Origin: Candidatus Latescibacterota bacterium
GTDB taxonomy: Bacteria; Latescibacterota; CBDEFO01
Length of the DNA stretch: 64,000 nucleotides
Assembly: GCA_965237525.1 (NCBI GenBank)
Contig: CBDEFO010000007.1
Span: 704,001-768,000, forward strand
Reading direction: 5' to 3'
Shown here piece after piece: positions 50,595-60,567 of this stretch (the stretch's first letter is position 1; each line of letters starts with the position of its first letter). The translations under genes and the position numbers were made by a program. A model generated the notes under the pieces. That model had not been told where the DNA came from. It worked only from the letters and a program-made list of their open reading frames with translations, and did not search any database.

Positions 50595-51766
50595 CGCCTT
50601 CTGCTGGCACGCCCCTGGGCTTGGGAGACCTTTTACAGGGAATCACCTCGTCCAACGGGAGCGTCAGGGGCCTTGAGGCGCAACTCTCAGATTACATTGA
50701 AGTCGGCTACTGTCACTTTGTAAATTCAGGGACGACAGCGCTCTACATAATTTTAGAGGTCTTAAAGGGATTATCGGACAAAAACAAAGTAGTGCTCCCG
50801 GCTTATACAGCGCCTTCTTTGATATTGCCGCTAGAAAGAGCTAGATTAAGAGCTGTTCTTTGCGATGTATCGCTCGATACGTTTAATCTGGATATAGAGC
50901 ATCTGGAGGAATCCGTGGGAAAAACTGCATTGTGCGTGGTTCCAGTCCATATGTTCGGAATTCCGATGGATATCGAAAGAGTCAAAGATGTTGTAGAGGA
51001 TAAGAACGTATTTATCATAGAGGACGCAGCTTCCTCCTTCGGCTCAAAGATAAAGGGCAGGATGACCGGGACGTTTGGTGACGTGGGCTTCTACAGTTTC
51101 AACAGAGGGAAGAATCTCTCGACCTTGACAGGGGGATGTGTGCTCACGGACTCGGAGGACATCTCTTCAAGGATTGTTGAAAAGATTTCGAAGCTGTCAG
51201 AGTTGAGCTTAAAGTCAAGGTTGATTATGGAGGCAAAAACGGCGGCGCTATCTATAGCTGTGCGACCATTCTTCTATACTGCCTTGTACAGTATCGTATC
51301 TAAATTCAAATATACCGAGCTTCACACCGATTTTGTGTCGTTTAAGTATACGGACTTTCAGGCGGGAGTGGGGAGGGAAGTCCTTAAAAGGGCTGAGGAT
51401 ATTTTCGCAAGGAGGCATCAAAATGGGATTTTTCTGTATGGGGAGCTTGAAGGTACAGAGAGAACCGTACTGCCCCGCATTCCAGAGAATTCTACTCCCG
51501 TCTTTAATCAGTTTCCAGTGCTGTTTGAGGATACAAAGACTAGAGATAGGATTCAAAGGGAAATTTTCAAAGGGGGCGTGGAGATAACGATCCTTTACCG
51601 TGATCCTATTCACAGGATACACGATCTGGGATACGATCTGGATAACGATCCCTTTCCAAATGCGACATACATATCTCAGAGATTGCTCTTAATCCCCACT
51701 CATCCTATTATTTCTCTTGATAAGTTGAGCAAAATTGTAGAGATTATAAAAAGAGAGGTTCGTTAA
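50582..51766 (+). CDS. DegT/DnrJ/EryC1/StrS family PLP-dependent aminotransferase
   Basis: NSGTTAL, VHMFG, IEDAA, SFNRGK, GG. Confidence 0.88.
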   Translation: MQLLTPSAGTPLGLGDLLQGITSSNGSVRGLEAQLSDYIEVGYCHFVNSGTTALYIILEVLKGLSDKNKVVLPAYTAPSLILPLERARLRAVLCDVSLDTFNLDIEHLEESVGKTALCVVPVHMFGIPMDIERVKDVVEDKNVFIIEDAASSFGSKIKGRMTGTFGDVGFYSFNRGKNLSTLTGGCVLTDSEDISSRIVEKISKLSELSLKSRLIMEAKTAALSIAVRPFFYTALYSIVSKFKYTELHTDFVSFKYTDFQAGVGREVLKRAEDIFARRHQNGIFLYGELEGTERTVLPRIPENSTPVFNQFPVLFEDTKTRDRIQREIFKGGVEITILYRDPIHRIHDLGYDLDNDPFPNATYISQRLLLIPTHPIISLDKLSKIVEIIKREVR

Positions 51767-51810
51767 GACAAGAAAACAGTAGGCAGCATATAGGGAGAGG
51801 CAGTCTGAGT

Positions 51811-51920
51811 GAGATTGTCTGGCTGATCTTCAGAGACCCTTGGCTTGGTTCTGTGCTAGGGGCTCTGGGCTTCCCCGACCCCCAATTGAATCCCCGATAG
51901 ACTCAATCGGGGACTCGCAA
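51811..51920. repeat. REP-like composite element in reverse orientation with nested palindromes (51872..51913)
   Basis: gagattg ... gctctgggcttccccga ... tccccgatagactcaatcgggga ctcgcaa. Confidence 0.7.
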
Positions 51921-52021
51921 CAGCTGAAGGTTGGAGCCAAAAATCGTCATTTCGAGGTATTAAAAACTCCGAAACAATCTGATGAGAAAGGAGGAGGCGC
52001 CCCGACTGCTGTCTACTATTC

Positions 52022-53173
52022 ATGATTCTATTAATCATAACCCGTTTGGATGGGGGTGGTTCTGCTGAGGCTGTGATGCAGCTTGCCGAGGGTTTGAGAA
52101 AAGACGGCTACAGCGTCAAACTCACAACAGGGAGGACGCTGGAACCTTATGAGGATATTGAGAGCTTTAGCAAGCGGACAGATGTGCCACTGATTTTGGT
52201 GGATGAACTCAAGAGGTCAATAAATCCGTACTGGGATCTGAAAGCTCTGCTCAGGTTGAGGCATATTATCGGTAGCGAAAAGCCGGATATTGTCCACACC
52301 CACTCGTCGAAGGCGGGATTCTTAGGGAGATTAGCAGCCCGGTGGGCGGGCGCAACCACGATAATCCACTCTCCACACGGCCACGTTTTCTACGGTTATT
52401 TTGGGAAGCTGAGGACAGAGCTATATATCCTTTTAGAAAGGTTGACAACAAGGATTACAGATAGAGTGATCACGTTGACCGAAAGGGGCAAATGGGATCA
52501 CGTCAGCTTAAAGGTGGGACCATCTGAGAAGTTTGAGACGATATTTTGTGGGATAGATATAAGTAAATTCAAAGGGGCAGAGAGGGATAGAGAGTGGATC
52601 GAGACGGAATTTGGGATTCCGCGGGACTCATTATTGGCAGGATGGGTTGGTAGGCTGGTACCGATTAAAGGGTGTGAGCATTTTATCAGGGCGTGTAATT
52701 TGGCGGTTAAGCAGAGGCCGGACGTTCGCTTTCTGATCGTAGGAGATGGGACTTTAAGGGGAGAATTGGAAGATCTGATGGGAAGTCTGCGTATGGAGAA
52801 AAGGATGGTCTTTGCAGGGGACAGGCAGGATGTCCCTGATATCATGGCTTCGCTGGATCTCTTTGTATTATCTTCGCTGAACGAAGGCCTGGGGAGGGTG
52901 TTAATCGAGGCTATGGCGTGCGGTTTGCCGGTCGTGGCGACGGATGTTGGAGGGGTGGGAGATATTGTGGCAGACGGAGAAACGGGGCTGTTGGTTCCCC
53001 CCGCTGACGCAATTAGAATGTCTGAAGTTATGGTAAAGGTTCTGTCAGATTCCAGGTTGAGAGGAAGACTCGGAAGAGCAGGGGAGAAGAGGGCTGGAAT
53101 CTTTGAGTTGGAAAGAACTATCGAAAGGACGGAGGAACTCTATTGTCGGCTTATAGAGAAGAGATTACGATAG
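52022..53173 (+). CDS. Family 4 glycosyltransferase
   Basis: VHTHSSKAG, VGRL..KG, EGLG...EAMACG. Confidence 0.92.
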   Translation: MILLIITRLDGGGSAEAVMQLAEGLRKDGYSVKLTTGRTLEPYEDIESFSKRTDVPLILVDELKRSINPYWDLKALLRLRHIIGSEKPDIVHTHSSKAGFLGRLAARWAGATTIIHSPHGHVFYGYFGKLRTELYILLERLTTRITDRVITLTERGKWDHVSLKVGPSEKFETIFCGIDISKFKGAERDREWIETEFGIPRDSLLAGWVGRLVPIKGCEHFIRACNLAVKQRPDVRFLIVGDGTLRGELEDLMGSLRMEKRMVFAGDRQDVPDIMASLDLFVLSSLNEGLGRVLIEAMACGLPVVATDVGGVGDIVADGETGLLVPPADAIRMSEVMVKVLSDSRLRGRLGRAGEKRAGIFELERTIERTEELYCRLIEKRLR

Positions 53174-54663
53174 TTGTAGTTGCGGCTGTGTCAGTGCTCA
53201 TTCCCATGTTAATCTGGGCCCAGGACGTTGGGAGGATTCCTTCGGTCGTTCACATAGATTCTGACGTTAGCGGCGGGGAGCTTTCTGTTCCTGAGCTTGT
53301 GGAGCTTATAGAGGAGAACGGACTTCAGGTGGCGATGTTCACAGATCACGATAATATTAGAGTGGAGTACGGCATTCGACCTTTTCGGAACATTTTAGGT
53401 TGGATAACCGGAACACTAACGGAGGAGGAATCTATCTTCACATATGGGACTCAAGAATATGTGGATATGTTTGAGGAACTGAACGCCCAGAATCCCGGAA
53501 CCGTGATAATCCACGGCATAGAGACTGTGCCGTTCTATTACTGGGAGGGGAGTATCTTTAAGGGCAATCTGCAGGCAAAGAACTGGCACGAACATCTTTT
53601 GGTGATAGGGCTGGAAAGTGCGGAGGACTACGATAATCTGCCGTCAATAGCCAAAGACTTTCCGGGACAGTACGATTTAGTCACCATAATAATAAGTCTG
53701 TGGCCCATTGCACTGATATTGCTGGCATATAATGTCTTTTTAAGGAGACCTCCAAAAGTATCGAAGAACGACTTTTTGAGGAGAAAACGGGGTTACAGGA
53801 GAGTGGTAGGGATATCGTTGGCAGTACTCGGAGCCTTGCTTCTAATTGAGAATTTTCCGTACCGTTATCCGATCTACGATCAGTACAGCGGCAACCTCGG
53901 GATCACCCCTTATCAAGACGTGATAGACTATGTTAACAGCAGGGGTGGGATGGTGTTCTGGGCTCATCCTGAGGTGAACCAGAAGCTGTCCAGGGAAGCT
54001 CCAATTGCAGGAAAGGTGGAGATAGTGACGGCGGCTTATCAGAATCATCTTTTGGAGGCGAGGGATTACGCGGGATTTGCTGCATTCTGGGAAGGAATGA
54101 AATTTACGGCTGTCCCGGGAGGTGTCTGGGATAAGGTCCTTCTTGAGTACTGCAGGGGGGAAAGAGAAAATCCTGTCTGGGCAATTGGTGAGTCGGACTT
54201 TGAGGGAGAGTTCGACCCCAAAGTGATAAGGGAGATTTCGACCGTGCTTTTGACGGATGAGGTGACCAGGGAGTCCGTTTTGGATGCTATGAGGAACGGG
54301 AGGATGTATGCCACGAGGAATTTTTTTGCGGATTATGTCATCATCGACGAGTTTTCCACTAAAGATAGCCAGAATAGAGACGTCGTCGGATATTCGAGCG
54401 AGACGATCCAAGTTAAGGGCTATCCTGAGGTAGTTTTAGCCATGACAGTGGTAGACAGGACTAAGCTGCGAAAGAAACTAAACGTAGAGCTGATAAGAGG
54501 GGGACAGGTCGTAAAGAGAGTCGTATGGGATTGGGATTCTCCCATCAAACTTGTGGACAAGGACGCCCCGCGCGGCGTCAAGACCTACTACCGAGCTTCG
54601 GTTCTGACAGCTGATTGGTCTGTTATGGTCACAAATCCGATATTTGTGGAGATTTCGGAGTGA
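53143..54663 (+). CDS. PHP-like metallohydrolase domain membrane protein (start uncertain)
   Basis: HIDS, TDHD, GIE, WAHP, GESDF; internal TM pair; TNPIFV end. Confidence 0.65.
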   Translation: MSAYREEITIVVVAAVSVLIPMLIWAQDVGRIPSVVHIDSDVSGGELSVPELVELIEENGLQVAMFTDHDNIRVEYGIRPFRNILGWITGTLTEEESIFTYGTQEYVDMFEELNAQNPGTVIIHGIETVPFYYWEGSIFKGNLQAKNWHEHLLVIGLESAEDYDNLPSIAKDFPGQYDLVTIIISLWPIALILLAYNVFLRRPPKVSKNDFLRRKRGYRRVVGISLAVLGALLLIENFPYRYPIYDQYSGNLGITPYQDVIDYVNSRGGMVFWAHPEVNQKLSREAPIAGKVEIVTAAYQNHLLEARDYAGFAAFWEGMKFTAVPGGVWDKVLLEYCRGERENPVWAIGESDFEGEFDPKVIREISTVLLTDEVTRESVLDAMRNGRMYATRNFFADYVIIDEFSTKDSQNRDVVGYSSETIQVKGYPEVVLAMTVVDRTKLRKKLNVELIRGGQVVKRVVWDWDSPIKLVDKDAPRGVKTYYRASVLTADWSVMVTNPIFVEISE

Positions 54664-55340
54664 TTGCAAGCGCGCATCAGCCTCAGTATCTCCCCTATCT
54701 GGGACATTTCGATAAGATAGATCGATCCGATCTATTTGTACTCTTGGATAACGTTCAATATAAGAAAAACGACTGGCAAAACAGGAACAGGATCAAGACG
54801 GCTGGTGGATGGCAGTGGCTGACGGTCCCCGTGCTTTACAAGTTTCCCGAAAAGATCAACCAGGTCAGGATAAATCATAGAGAGAAGTGGAGCAGGAAGC
54901 ATCTACAAGCTCTAATTTCCAACTATTCCAAGGCCCAGTTTTTTAAGGATCACATAGAATTTTGGGAGGAATTCTATTCGAGGGAATGGGAGATGCTTAC
55001 TGACGTAAATATAGAGGCGGTCAGGTATCTTTCAAGGGTGTTGGGGATTCAGACCGAAACTGTCATAGGGTCCCAAATGGATTTGGGCGATGATCAGACA
55101 GGCAGACTGGTTGATATGTGCCTCCAGTTGGGAGCGGACACCTACCTTGCAGGTGCCGGAGCAGTGGACTACATGGATGTAGGCAAATTTGAGGAAGCGG
55201 GGATAGAGGTCATCTTTCAGGATTTCAGGCATCCCCAATATAGACAGTTGTTCGGAGAGTTCGAGCCGTATATGTCTGCGGTGGACCTGATTTTCAATTG
55301 TGGGGATAAGAGTCTGGACATTATAAGGGAAGGACAATAA
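54660..55340 (+). CDS. WbqC family protein
   Basis: HQPQYLPY, QNRNRIK, LTVPV, Y.Q, DLIFN.G. Confidence 0.9.
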   Translation: MIASAHQPQYLPYLGHFDKIDRSDLFVLLDNVQYKKNDWQNRNRIKTAGGWQWLTVPVLYKFPEKINQVRINHREKWSRKHLQALISNYSKAQFFKDHIEFWEEFYSREWEMLTDVNIEAVRYLSRVLGIQTETVIGSQMDLGDDQTGRLVDMCLQLGADTYLAGAGAVDYMDVGKFEEAGIEVIFQDFRHPQYRQLFGEFEPYMSAVDLIFNCGDKSLDIIREGQ

Positions 55341-55384
55341 GATCAGGACTATTCAGTTTTCTTAAGAAGCGCCGAAAAGCCTTT

Positions 55385-55523
55385 GAGATTGCTTGGAGGT
55401 TCGGCACCTGGCCAATGACTAAGGCAAAAGTAAGAAACGTCATTGCGACCCCTCGATTGAATCCCCGATTGATTCTACCCCCGATTGAATCTATCAGGGG
55501 GGGATCGGGAGCGAAGCAATCTC
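55385..55523. repeat. REP-like composite element with triply nested palindrome (55449..55510)
   Basis: gtcattgcga cccctcgattgaat ccccgattgattcta cccccgattgaatctatcagggg ggg atcggga gcgaagcaatctc. Confidence 0.75.
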
Positions 55524-55575
55524 ATTGCAGGACATCCAAGCGTCCCGAAGCTTAGAGTAACGCTATGATCCTGCA

Positions 55576-55607
55576 GTGAACTACCCCCACGCAGAGCGTG
55601 GGGGCTT
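55576..55607 (+). mobile_element. Orphan IS200/IS605-type terminal hairpin
   Basis: gtgaactacccccacgcagagcgtgggggctt resembles IS200/IS605 ends; no tnpA/tnpB adjacent. Confidence 0.5.
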
Positions 55608-55764
55608 TGAAGACAAAAGAACCCAACCACCCGTGACTTGTGTGGGAAACTTAATGCTGGAATATTAAACTTATGTGCTCAAACTTACGATCCGCCACGT
55701 AGAACATGAGGGTATTAACCGATAATAACACAGGAAACTCCGAGATCTATGAGGGGAAACATAA

Positions 55765-56406
55765 ATGAATATTCTGGCGATTGGAGCACATCCTGATGAC
55801 ATAGAGATAGGGTGCGGAGGTACACTGATAAAGTACAGTCAATGTGGCAACCATATCTATCTTTTGATTATGACGGACGGGGGCATGGCGGCAGATCCTG
55901 ATACAAGGCGCAAGGAACAGTCAGATTCCGCTCTGCTTATGGGAGCCAAGGATGTCTTCTTCGGCAACTATAAGGACACTGAGCTTGTCTGCGACAGAGA
56001 GTTGATAGAACGAATAGAAGAGACTGTAGTGGAGGTAATGCCAGATATGATATTCGTGCACTATCCTGAAGATACTCATCAGGATCATAGGAATCTGTCT
56101 CAGGCTACGGTTTCAGCGACCAGGTATATAGAAAACGTCCTCTTTTACGAAGGCCCGAGTACCGAGCAGAGCTTTATTCCGAGCGTATTTGTAAATGTTA
56201 AGAGTGTGTTGAATAAGAAGTTATCACTTTTAGAGGCCCACGTATCCCAGATGATGAGGGCCTCTGTGGGATGGTCATTAAGGGAGGACGCTAAGGAGAT
56301 GTCCATAATCGATGTTGCAAGGTCCTTAGCTCGCTTCAGAGGTTGGCAGGGCAAAACCGAGTTTGCCGAGGGATTTGCTCCGTCCAGATTGTTCTTGGAT
56401 ATCTGA
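55765..56406 (+). CDS. PIG-L/LmbE family deacetylase
   Basis: GAHPDD.E, R..E, D.HQDH. Confidence 0.92.
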   Translation: MNILAIGAHPDDIEIGCGGTLIKYSQCGNHIYLLIMTDGGMAADPDTRRKEQSDSALLMGAKDVFFGNYKDTELVCDRELIERIEETVVEVMPDMIFVHYPEDTHQDHRNLSQATVSATRYIENVLFYEGPSTEQSFIPSVFVNVKSVLNKKLSLLEAHVSQMMRASVGWSLREDAKEMSIIDVARSLARFRGWQGKTEFAEGFAPSRLFLDI

Positions 56407-56435
56407 CCGAGGAGGCGAAGCAACAGGAAAGCACG

Positions 56436-57119
56436 ATGGTTGACCGGGATAACTTGAAAACAATTGCAGGAGAAACAGGCGCAGAATACGTAACAGACGG
56501 TATGGTAGTGGGATTGGGCACCGGTTCGACAGTCTACTACACGCTGATCAAATTAGGTCGGATGATTCGTGAAGGTCTAAGTATTGTCGGAATCCCGACA
56601 TCTCTACAGACCGAGAGAATAGCCAAAGAGCAAAAGATAAGACTTTCGATGCTTGAAGAACATACCAGAATAGATGTCACAATAGACGGAGCAGATGAAG
56701 TAGATCCAAACTTAAACCTGATCAAGGGCTTGGGTGGAGCTTTAGTGAGAGAAAAGGTAGTAGCCAAATCTTCGGAGCGATTGATTATCGTGGTAGACGA
56801 TAGCAAATTAGTCGAAAAATTAGGCACAAAATCGTCCCTTCCTGTGGAAGTCGTGCCCTTCGCCTGGGCCTCTGTTCTTGAGCATCTCAACGATATATGC
56901 AGTTTCCCGAACCTGCGCAGAGAGCAAAACGACGATATTTTCCTCTCGGATAACGGAAACTATATCATAGACTGCGCCTTCGAAGGCATTGATAATCCAG
57001 AGGAAGTCGAAAGAGAGATTAAGAGTATAACAGGCGTTATAGACAGCGGACTCTTCATAGGCATAGCAAATACGGTGATCGTAGGCTCTGAAGGTGGAGT
57101 GAGAGTTTTGTGCCGATGA
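56436..57119 (+). CDS. rpiA: Ribose-5-phosphate isomerase A
   Basis: GLGTGST, DGADE, KGLGGAL.REK, LPVEV, DNGN. Confidence 0.95.
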   Translation: MVDRDNLKTIAGETGAEYVTDGMVVGLGTGSTVYYTLIKLGRMIREGLSIVGIPTSLQTERIAKEQKIRLSMLEEHTRIDVTIDGADEVDPNLNLIKGLGGALVREKVVAKSSERLIIVVDDSKLVEKLGTKSSLPVEVVPFAWASVLEHLNDICSFPNLRREQNDDIFLSDNGNYIIDCAFEGIDNPEEVEREIKSITGVIDSGLFIGIANTVIVGSEGGVRVLCR

Positions 57120-58168
57120 GTGAGATTATTGGGCATTCCAGACCGACTCTGGGTGTTGAAGAAGTTGAGGCCGTGCGCGATGTCCTCCTTTCAGGACAAA
57201 TTGCTCAAGGGATGTGTGTAGGAAGATTCGAAAGAAAGATGGCGGAGTTTGTGGGCAGGAGTGGTGGCGTTGCTACAAGTTCAGGGACCGCAGCTCTGCA
57301 CCTGGCTCTTCTGGCTTTGGGAACAGGAGAAGGACATGAGGTAATCATCCCGACTTATGTGTGTACTGCGCTGTTGAACGCTGTAAACTACGTGGGTGCA
57401 CACGCTGTAGTTGCAGATATTGACCCTCGCAGTTATAATATATGCCCTGATGACGTAAGAAAGAGAATTACAAGGAGGACAAAGGCGATAATTCTGCCGC
57501 ATATGTTTGGACTCCCTGCGGATGTAGATGAAATTCTAAAGATAGGGATCCCAGTTATAGAGGACTTTGCAGTGAGCGTGGGGGCCCTTTATAAGGGCAA
57601 GAGAGTCGGGGGGTTCGGAGCCATTTCGATCGTTTCTTTCTATGGCACAAAGATGTTGGGCACAGGGGAAGGAGGGATGGCCCTTTCAGACGATAAGGGT
57701 GCACTGAATAAAATGAAGGATTTGAGAGAGTACGATAATAAAGAGGACTATAAAGTCCGGTACAATTACAAAATGGCCGATATGGTGGGAGCTTTGGGGA
57801 TTGCTCAGTTGAAGAAGCTTCCGGAGTTCCTGCGAAGAAGAAAAGAAATAGCAAATAGATTCAACTGTGAATTTAAGGCTCTAACAAATGCCCTCCCAAT
57901 CAGTTATGAGGACAGAGATCATGTCTTCTATAGGTATGTGGTGGATATTGGCAGGAAATCTGGAGAATTCATAGAGGCTATGGGAAAAAGGAAGATTACG
58001 TGCGCCCGGCCTGTGCATCTGCCTATACACGGGTATCTGGGCTTGGTGGATTGTCCCAACGCGGATACGGCGTGGGATGGAGCTGTATCGCTCCCGATCT
58101 ATCCATCTATGTCTGAGGGCGAGGCGAACATTATTGTGGAGGCGGTAAGGGATTTGCTGGCACTGTAG
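57116..58168 (+). CDS. DegT/DnrJ/EryC1/StrS family aminotransferase
   Basis: SSGTAALH, HMFG, SFYGTK, GEGG, YNYKM, SLPIYP. Confidence 0.92.
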   Translation: MSEIIGHSRPTLGVEEVEAVRDVLLSGQIAQGMCVGRFERKMAEFVGRSGGVATSSGTAALHLALLALGTGEGHEVIIPTYVCTALLNAVNYVGAHAVVADIDPRSYNICPDDVRKRITRRTKAIILPHMFGLPADVDEILKIGIPVIEDFAVSVGALYKGKRVGGFGAISIVSFYGTKMLGTGEGGMALSDDKGALNKMKDLREYDNKEDYKVRYNYKMADMVGALGIAQLKKLPEFLRRRKEIANRFNCEFKALTNALPISYEDRDHVFYRYVVDIGRKSGEFIEAMGKRKITCARPVHLPIHGYLGLVDCPNADTAWDGAVSLPIYPSMSEGEANIIVEAVRDLLAL

Positions 58169-58176
58169 CGTCCTGG

Positions 58177-59436
58177 TTGAATAGGATCCTTGTGGAATCA
58201 TACAAGATGCAGAGACAGAAAGAGAAATATCAAAAAGTAGGACACAAATCGATCTTTGTAGTGGTATTTTTCTTAGTGTTGATCCTACTTGCCATGTTTG
58301 TGTTGTCGCCAGGTATTAAAGGGATTTTCTTGGATCATGGTCTTAAATGGCTCTATATCCTTGCTTTCTCATTCTTCGTATCTTTCCTTGTGACTCCACT
58401 TGTGATACTCTCGGTTTTGAGGATCGGCGTGCTGGATAATCCCGATACACGGAAGATCCATACAGACCCTATCCCGCTTTTGGGAGGCATAGCGATATAT
58501 GTAGCTTTTACGGCTACTGTGGCTAACAATTTGGATTTTTCCGACAATCTCAAGGGAATCATCATAGGCGCGACGATGCTTATGTTGTGCGGCATGGCGG
58601 ACGATGTTGTAGGTGTTTCCGCGAAGTTGAAACTACTGGTTCAAATAACAGCTTCTCTCGTCATGTCGTGGTTCGGCATTAAGTTCGATTTCCTACCGAA
58701 CACGCTGATGGGGAACATAGGAGAAGTAGCGAGCACCGCCTTTTGGGTTGTGGGAATTACGAACGCCTTAAACTTTTTTGATGGAATGGACGGACTCGCA
58801 GTGGGCATCACCGCTATAATGGCATTTTTTATAGGGCTTTTTGCGATTCAGGCAGATGGACAGAGCCATCTGATGCTCCTGTCTTTATCGCTTATGGGAA
58901 GTTGCTTAGGATTCTTGCCGTACAATTTCAGGTTGCGAGGACCTGCAACGATATTTATAGGGGATACAGGGAGCATGTTTTTGGGGTTTTCCATAGCTGG
59001 GATGGCGGTGATGGGCGTGTGGGGAACTGTAATTGTAGATGGAGCGGAGAGAAATGACCCGGTCAAGGCCTTCAGCGTTCCCATTTTAATAATGGGGGTC
59101 TTGATCTTTGATATGATATATACGACTGTAGAGAGGATAGTAACAGAGAAGGTGTCTAATTTTAGAGAATGGATAGATTATACGGGGAAGGATCATCTGC
59201 ATCACAGACTGCACGCTTTGGGGTTGAGCAGAAGGCAAAGTGTTCTTTTCATCTACCTTATGTGTACAGGACTGGGACTTTCCGCAATAGCGTTGAAAAA
59301 CGGCAGACCGATAGATTCTCTGCTTTTGATCATTCAGGCTATAGTAGTCTCTTTAGCTATTGTGATACTTATGGTTAGAGGAGCAAAGAATCTTGAGGAA
59401 AAGGTGGAACGCCGAGAAAACAAGGTGAGGCTTTGA
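58177..59436 (+). CDS. Undecaprenyl-phosphate GlcNAc-1-phosphate transferase (WecA/TagO, MraY family)
   Basis: RKIH..P.PLLGG, DD, NALNFFDGMDGL, FIGDTG, HLHHRL. Confidence 0.9.
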   Translation: MNRILVESYKMQRQKEKYQKVGHKSIFVVVFFLVLILLAMFVLSPGIKGIFLDHGLKWLYILAFSFFVSFLVTPLVILSVLRIGVLDNPDTRKIHTDPIPLLGGIAIYVAFTATVANNLDFSDNLKGIIIGATMLMLCGMADDVVGVSAKLKLLVQITASLVMSWFGIKFDFLPNTLMGNIGEVASTAFWVVGITNALNFFDGMDGLAVGITAIMAFFIGLFAIQADGQSHLMLLSLSLMGSCLGFLPYNFRLRGPATIFIGDTGSMFLGFSIAGMAVMGVWGTVIVDGAERNDPVKAFSVPILIMGVLIFDMIYTTVERIVTEKVSNFREWIDYTGKDHLHHRLHALGLSRRQSVLFIYLMCTGLGLSAIALKNGRPIDSLLLIIQAIVVSLAIVILMVRGAKNLEEKVERRENKVRL

Positions 59437-59735
59437 TGGAAGATGAAGAGATTCTAATGGGGGATGAAGGACGATACGAGTTTGTGGAAGTGGCAAGTTT
59501 CCCAAGCATGATATACGCGGAGATGGCAAAGGAGGTCCTGGGAAACAACGGGATTCCGTGTGCGATCCAGGGAGATGCTTTAAATACAGCTTACGGAATG
59601 AAAGGGACGGGAATAGGAGTACAGGCAGTTATAGTTGTCTCCCAATTAGATATGGAGGAGGCAAAGGATGTCCTAGGCGGAATTGTAGATAGCCAGGACG
59701 GTGACTATCTTTATGATGATGAGCAGTTTTCATAA
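59433..59735 (+). CDS. DUF2007 family protein
   Basis: AEMAKEVL.NNGIP...V.V...D.EEA..L pattern. Confidence 0.7.
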   Translation: MMEDEEILMGDEGRYEFVEVASFPSMIYAEMAKEVLGNNGIPCAIQGDALNTAYGMKGTGIGVQAVIVVSQLDMEEAKDVLGGIVDSQDGDYLYDDEQFS

Positions 59736-59743
59736 ATATTGTA

Positions 59744-60553
59744 ATGTGCCAGAAAAATATACGATTGCTAAAGAGAGAAAATATGGAAAGGAAAAAAAGC
59801 TATAATAGTCTTTTACGAAGAGGCTCCCCGTACTTATGTGTCTTTATGTGTCTCTTATTCGGCACAGATGCATACGGAGGCACATTCAACTATAACGCAT
59901 TTGAGAAGATCTTGAATGAATACGTAAAGGACGGAAGAGTCGATTATGAGAGGCTAAAAAAGAGCAATGTTATGGACATGTATATATCGCAGCTGGCGGA
60001 AGCCCATCTGGGAAGTTTGAAGACAAGAGCGCAGAAATTGACGTTCTGGATCAACGCTTACAACGCTCTGGCGATAAAGGGTGTCCTGGATAATTACCCC
60101 TTAAAGAGCGTGATGGACGTTGAAGGGTTCTTCGATAAGCTTAAATATGAGATCGCTGGCGTGGAGTACACGCTGAACGATATAGAGAACAGAGTTATAA
60201 GGCCGACTTTTGGAGATCCGAGGATCCATTTTGCATTGGTGTGCGCGTCTTTAAGTTGTCCAAACCTGGAGAGCAAGGCCTTTAAGCCGGAGGATCTGGA
60301 CAAGGAGTTAGATGAGGCCGGGCGTAAGTTTTTGCAGGACAGTGCTAAGAACAAGATAGATAAGAATAAGGGGATCGTCTATCTTTCCAAGATATTCGAG
60401 TGGTATGCACAAGATTTTATCAAATCTTCAGGATCGGTTCTGGAGTTTGTAAGGGACTATTTTTCGGATGAGGACAGGAAATACCTAAGAGGAAGAGATT
60501 TCAAGGTAGAGTTTTGGGAGTACGACTGGAATCTGAATGACAAGGTCAATTAA
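59744..60553 (+). CDS. DUF547 family protein (start may be downstream)
   Basis: VDY, FWINAYN, IE, DPRIHFALVCASLSCP, SKIFEWY, YDWNLN. Confidence 0.9.
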   Translation: MCQKNIRLLKRENMERKKSYNSLLRRGSPYLCVFMCLLFGTDAYGGTFNYNAFEKILNEYVKDGRVDYERLKKSNVMDMYISQLAEAHLGSLKTRAQKLTFWINAYNALAIKGVLDNYPLKSVMDVEGFFDKLKYEIAGVEYTLNDIENRVIRPTFGDPRIHFALVCASLSCPNLESKAFKPEDLDKELDEAGRKFLQDSAKNKIDKNKGIVYLSKIFEWYAQDFIKSSGSVLEFVRDYFSDEDRKYLRGRDFKVEFWEYDWNLNDKVN

Positions 60554-60567
60554 AGAGGGAATTAGAT

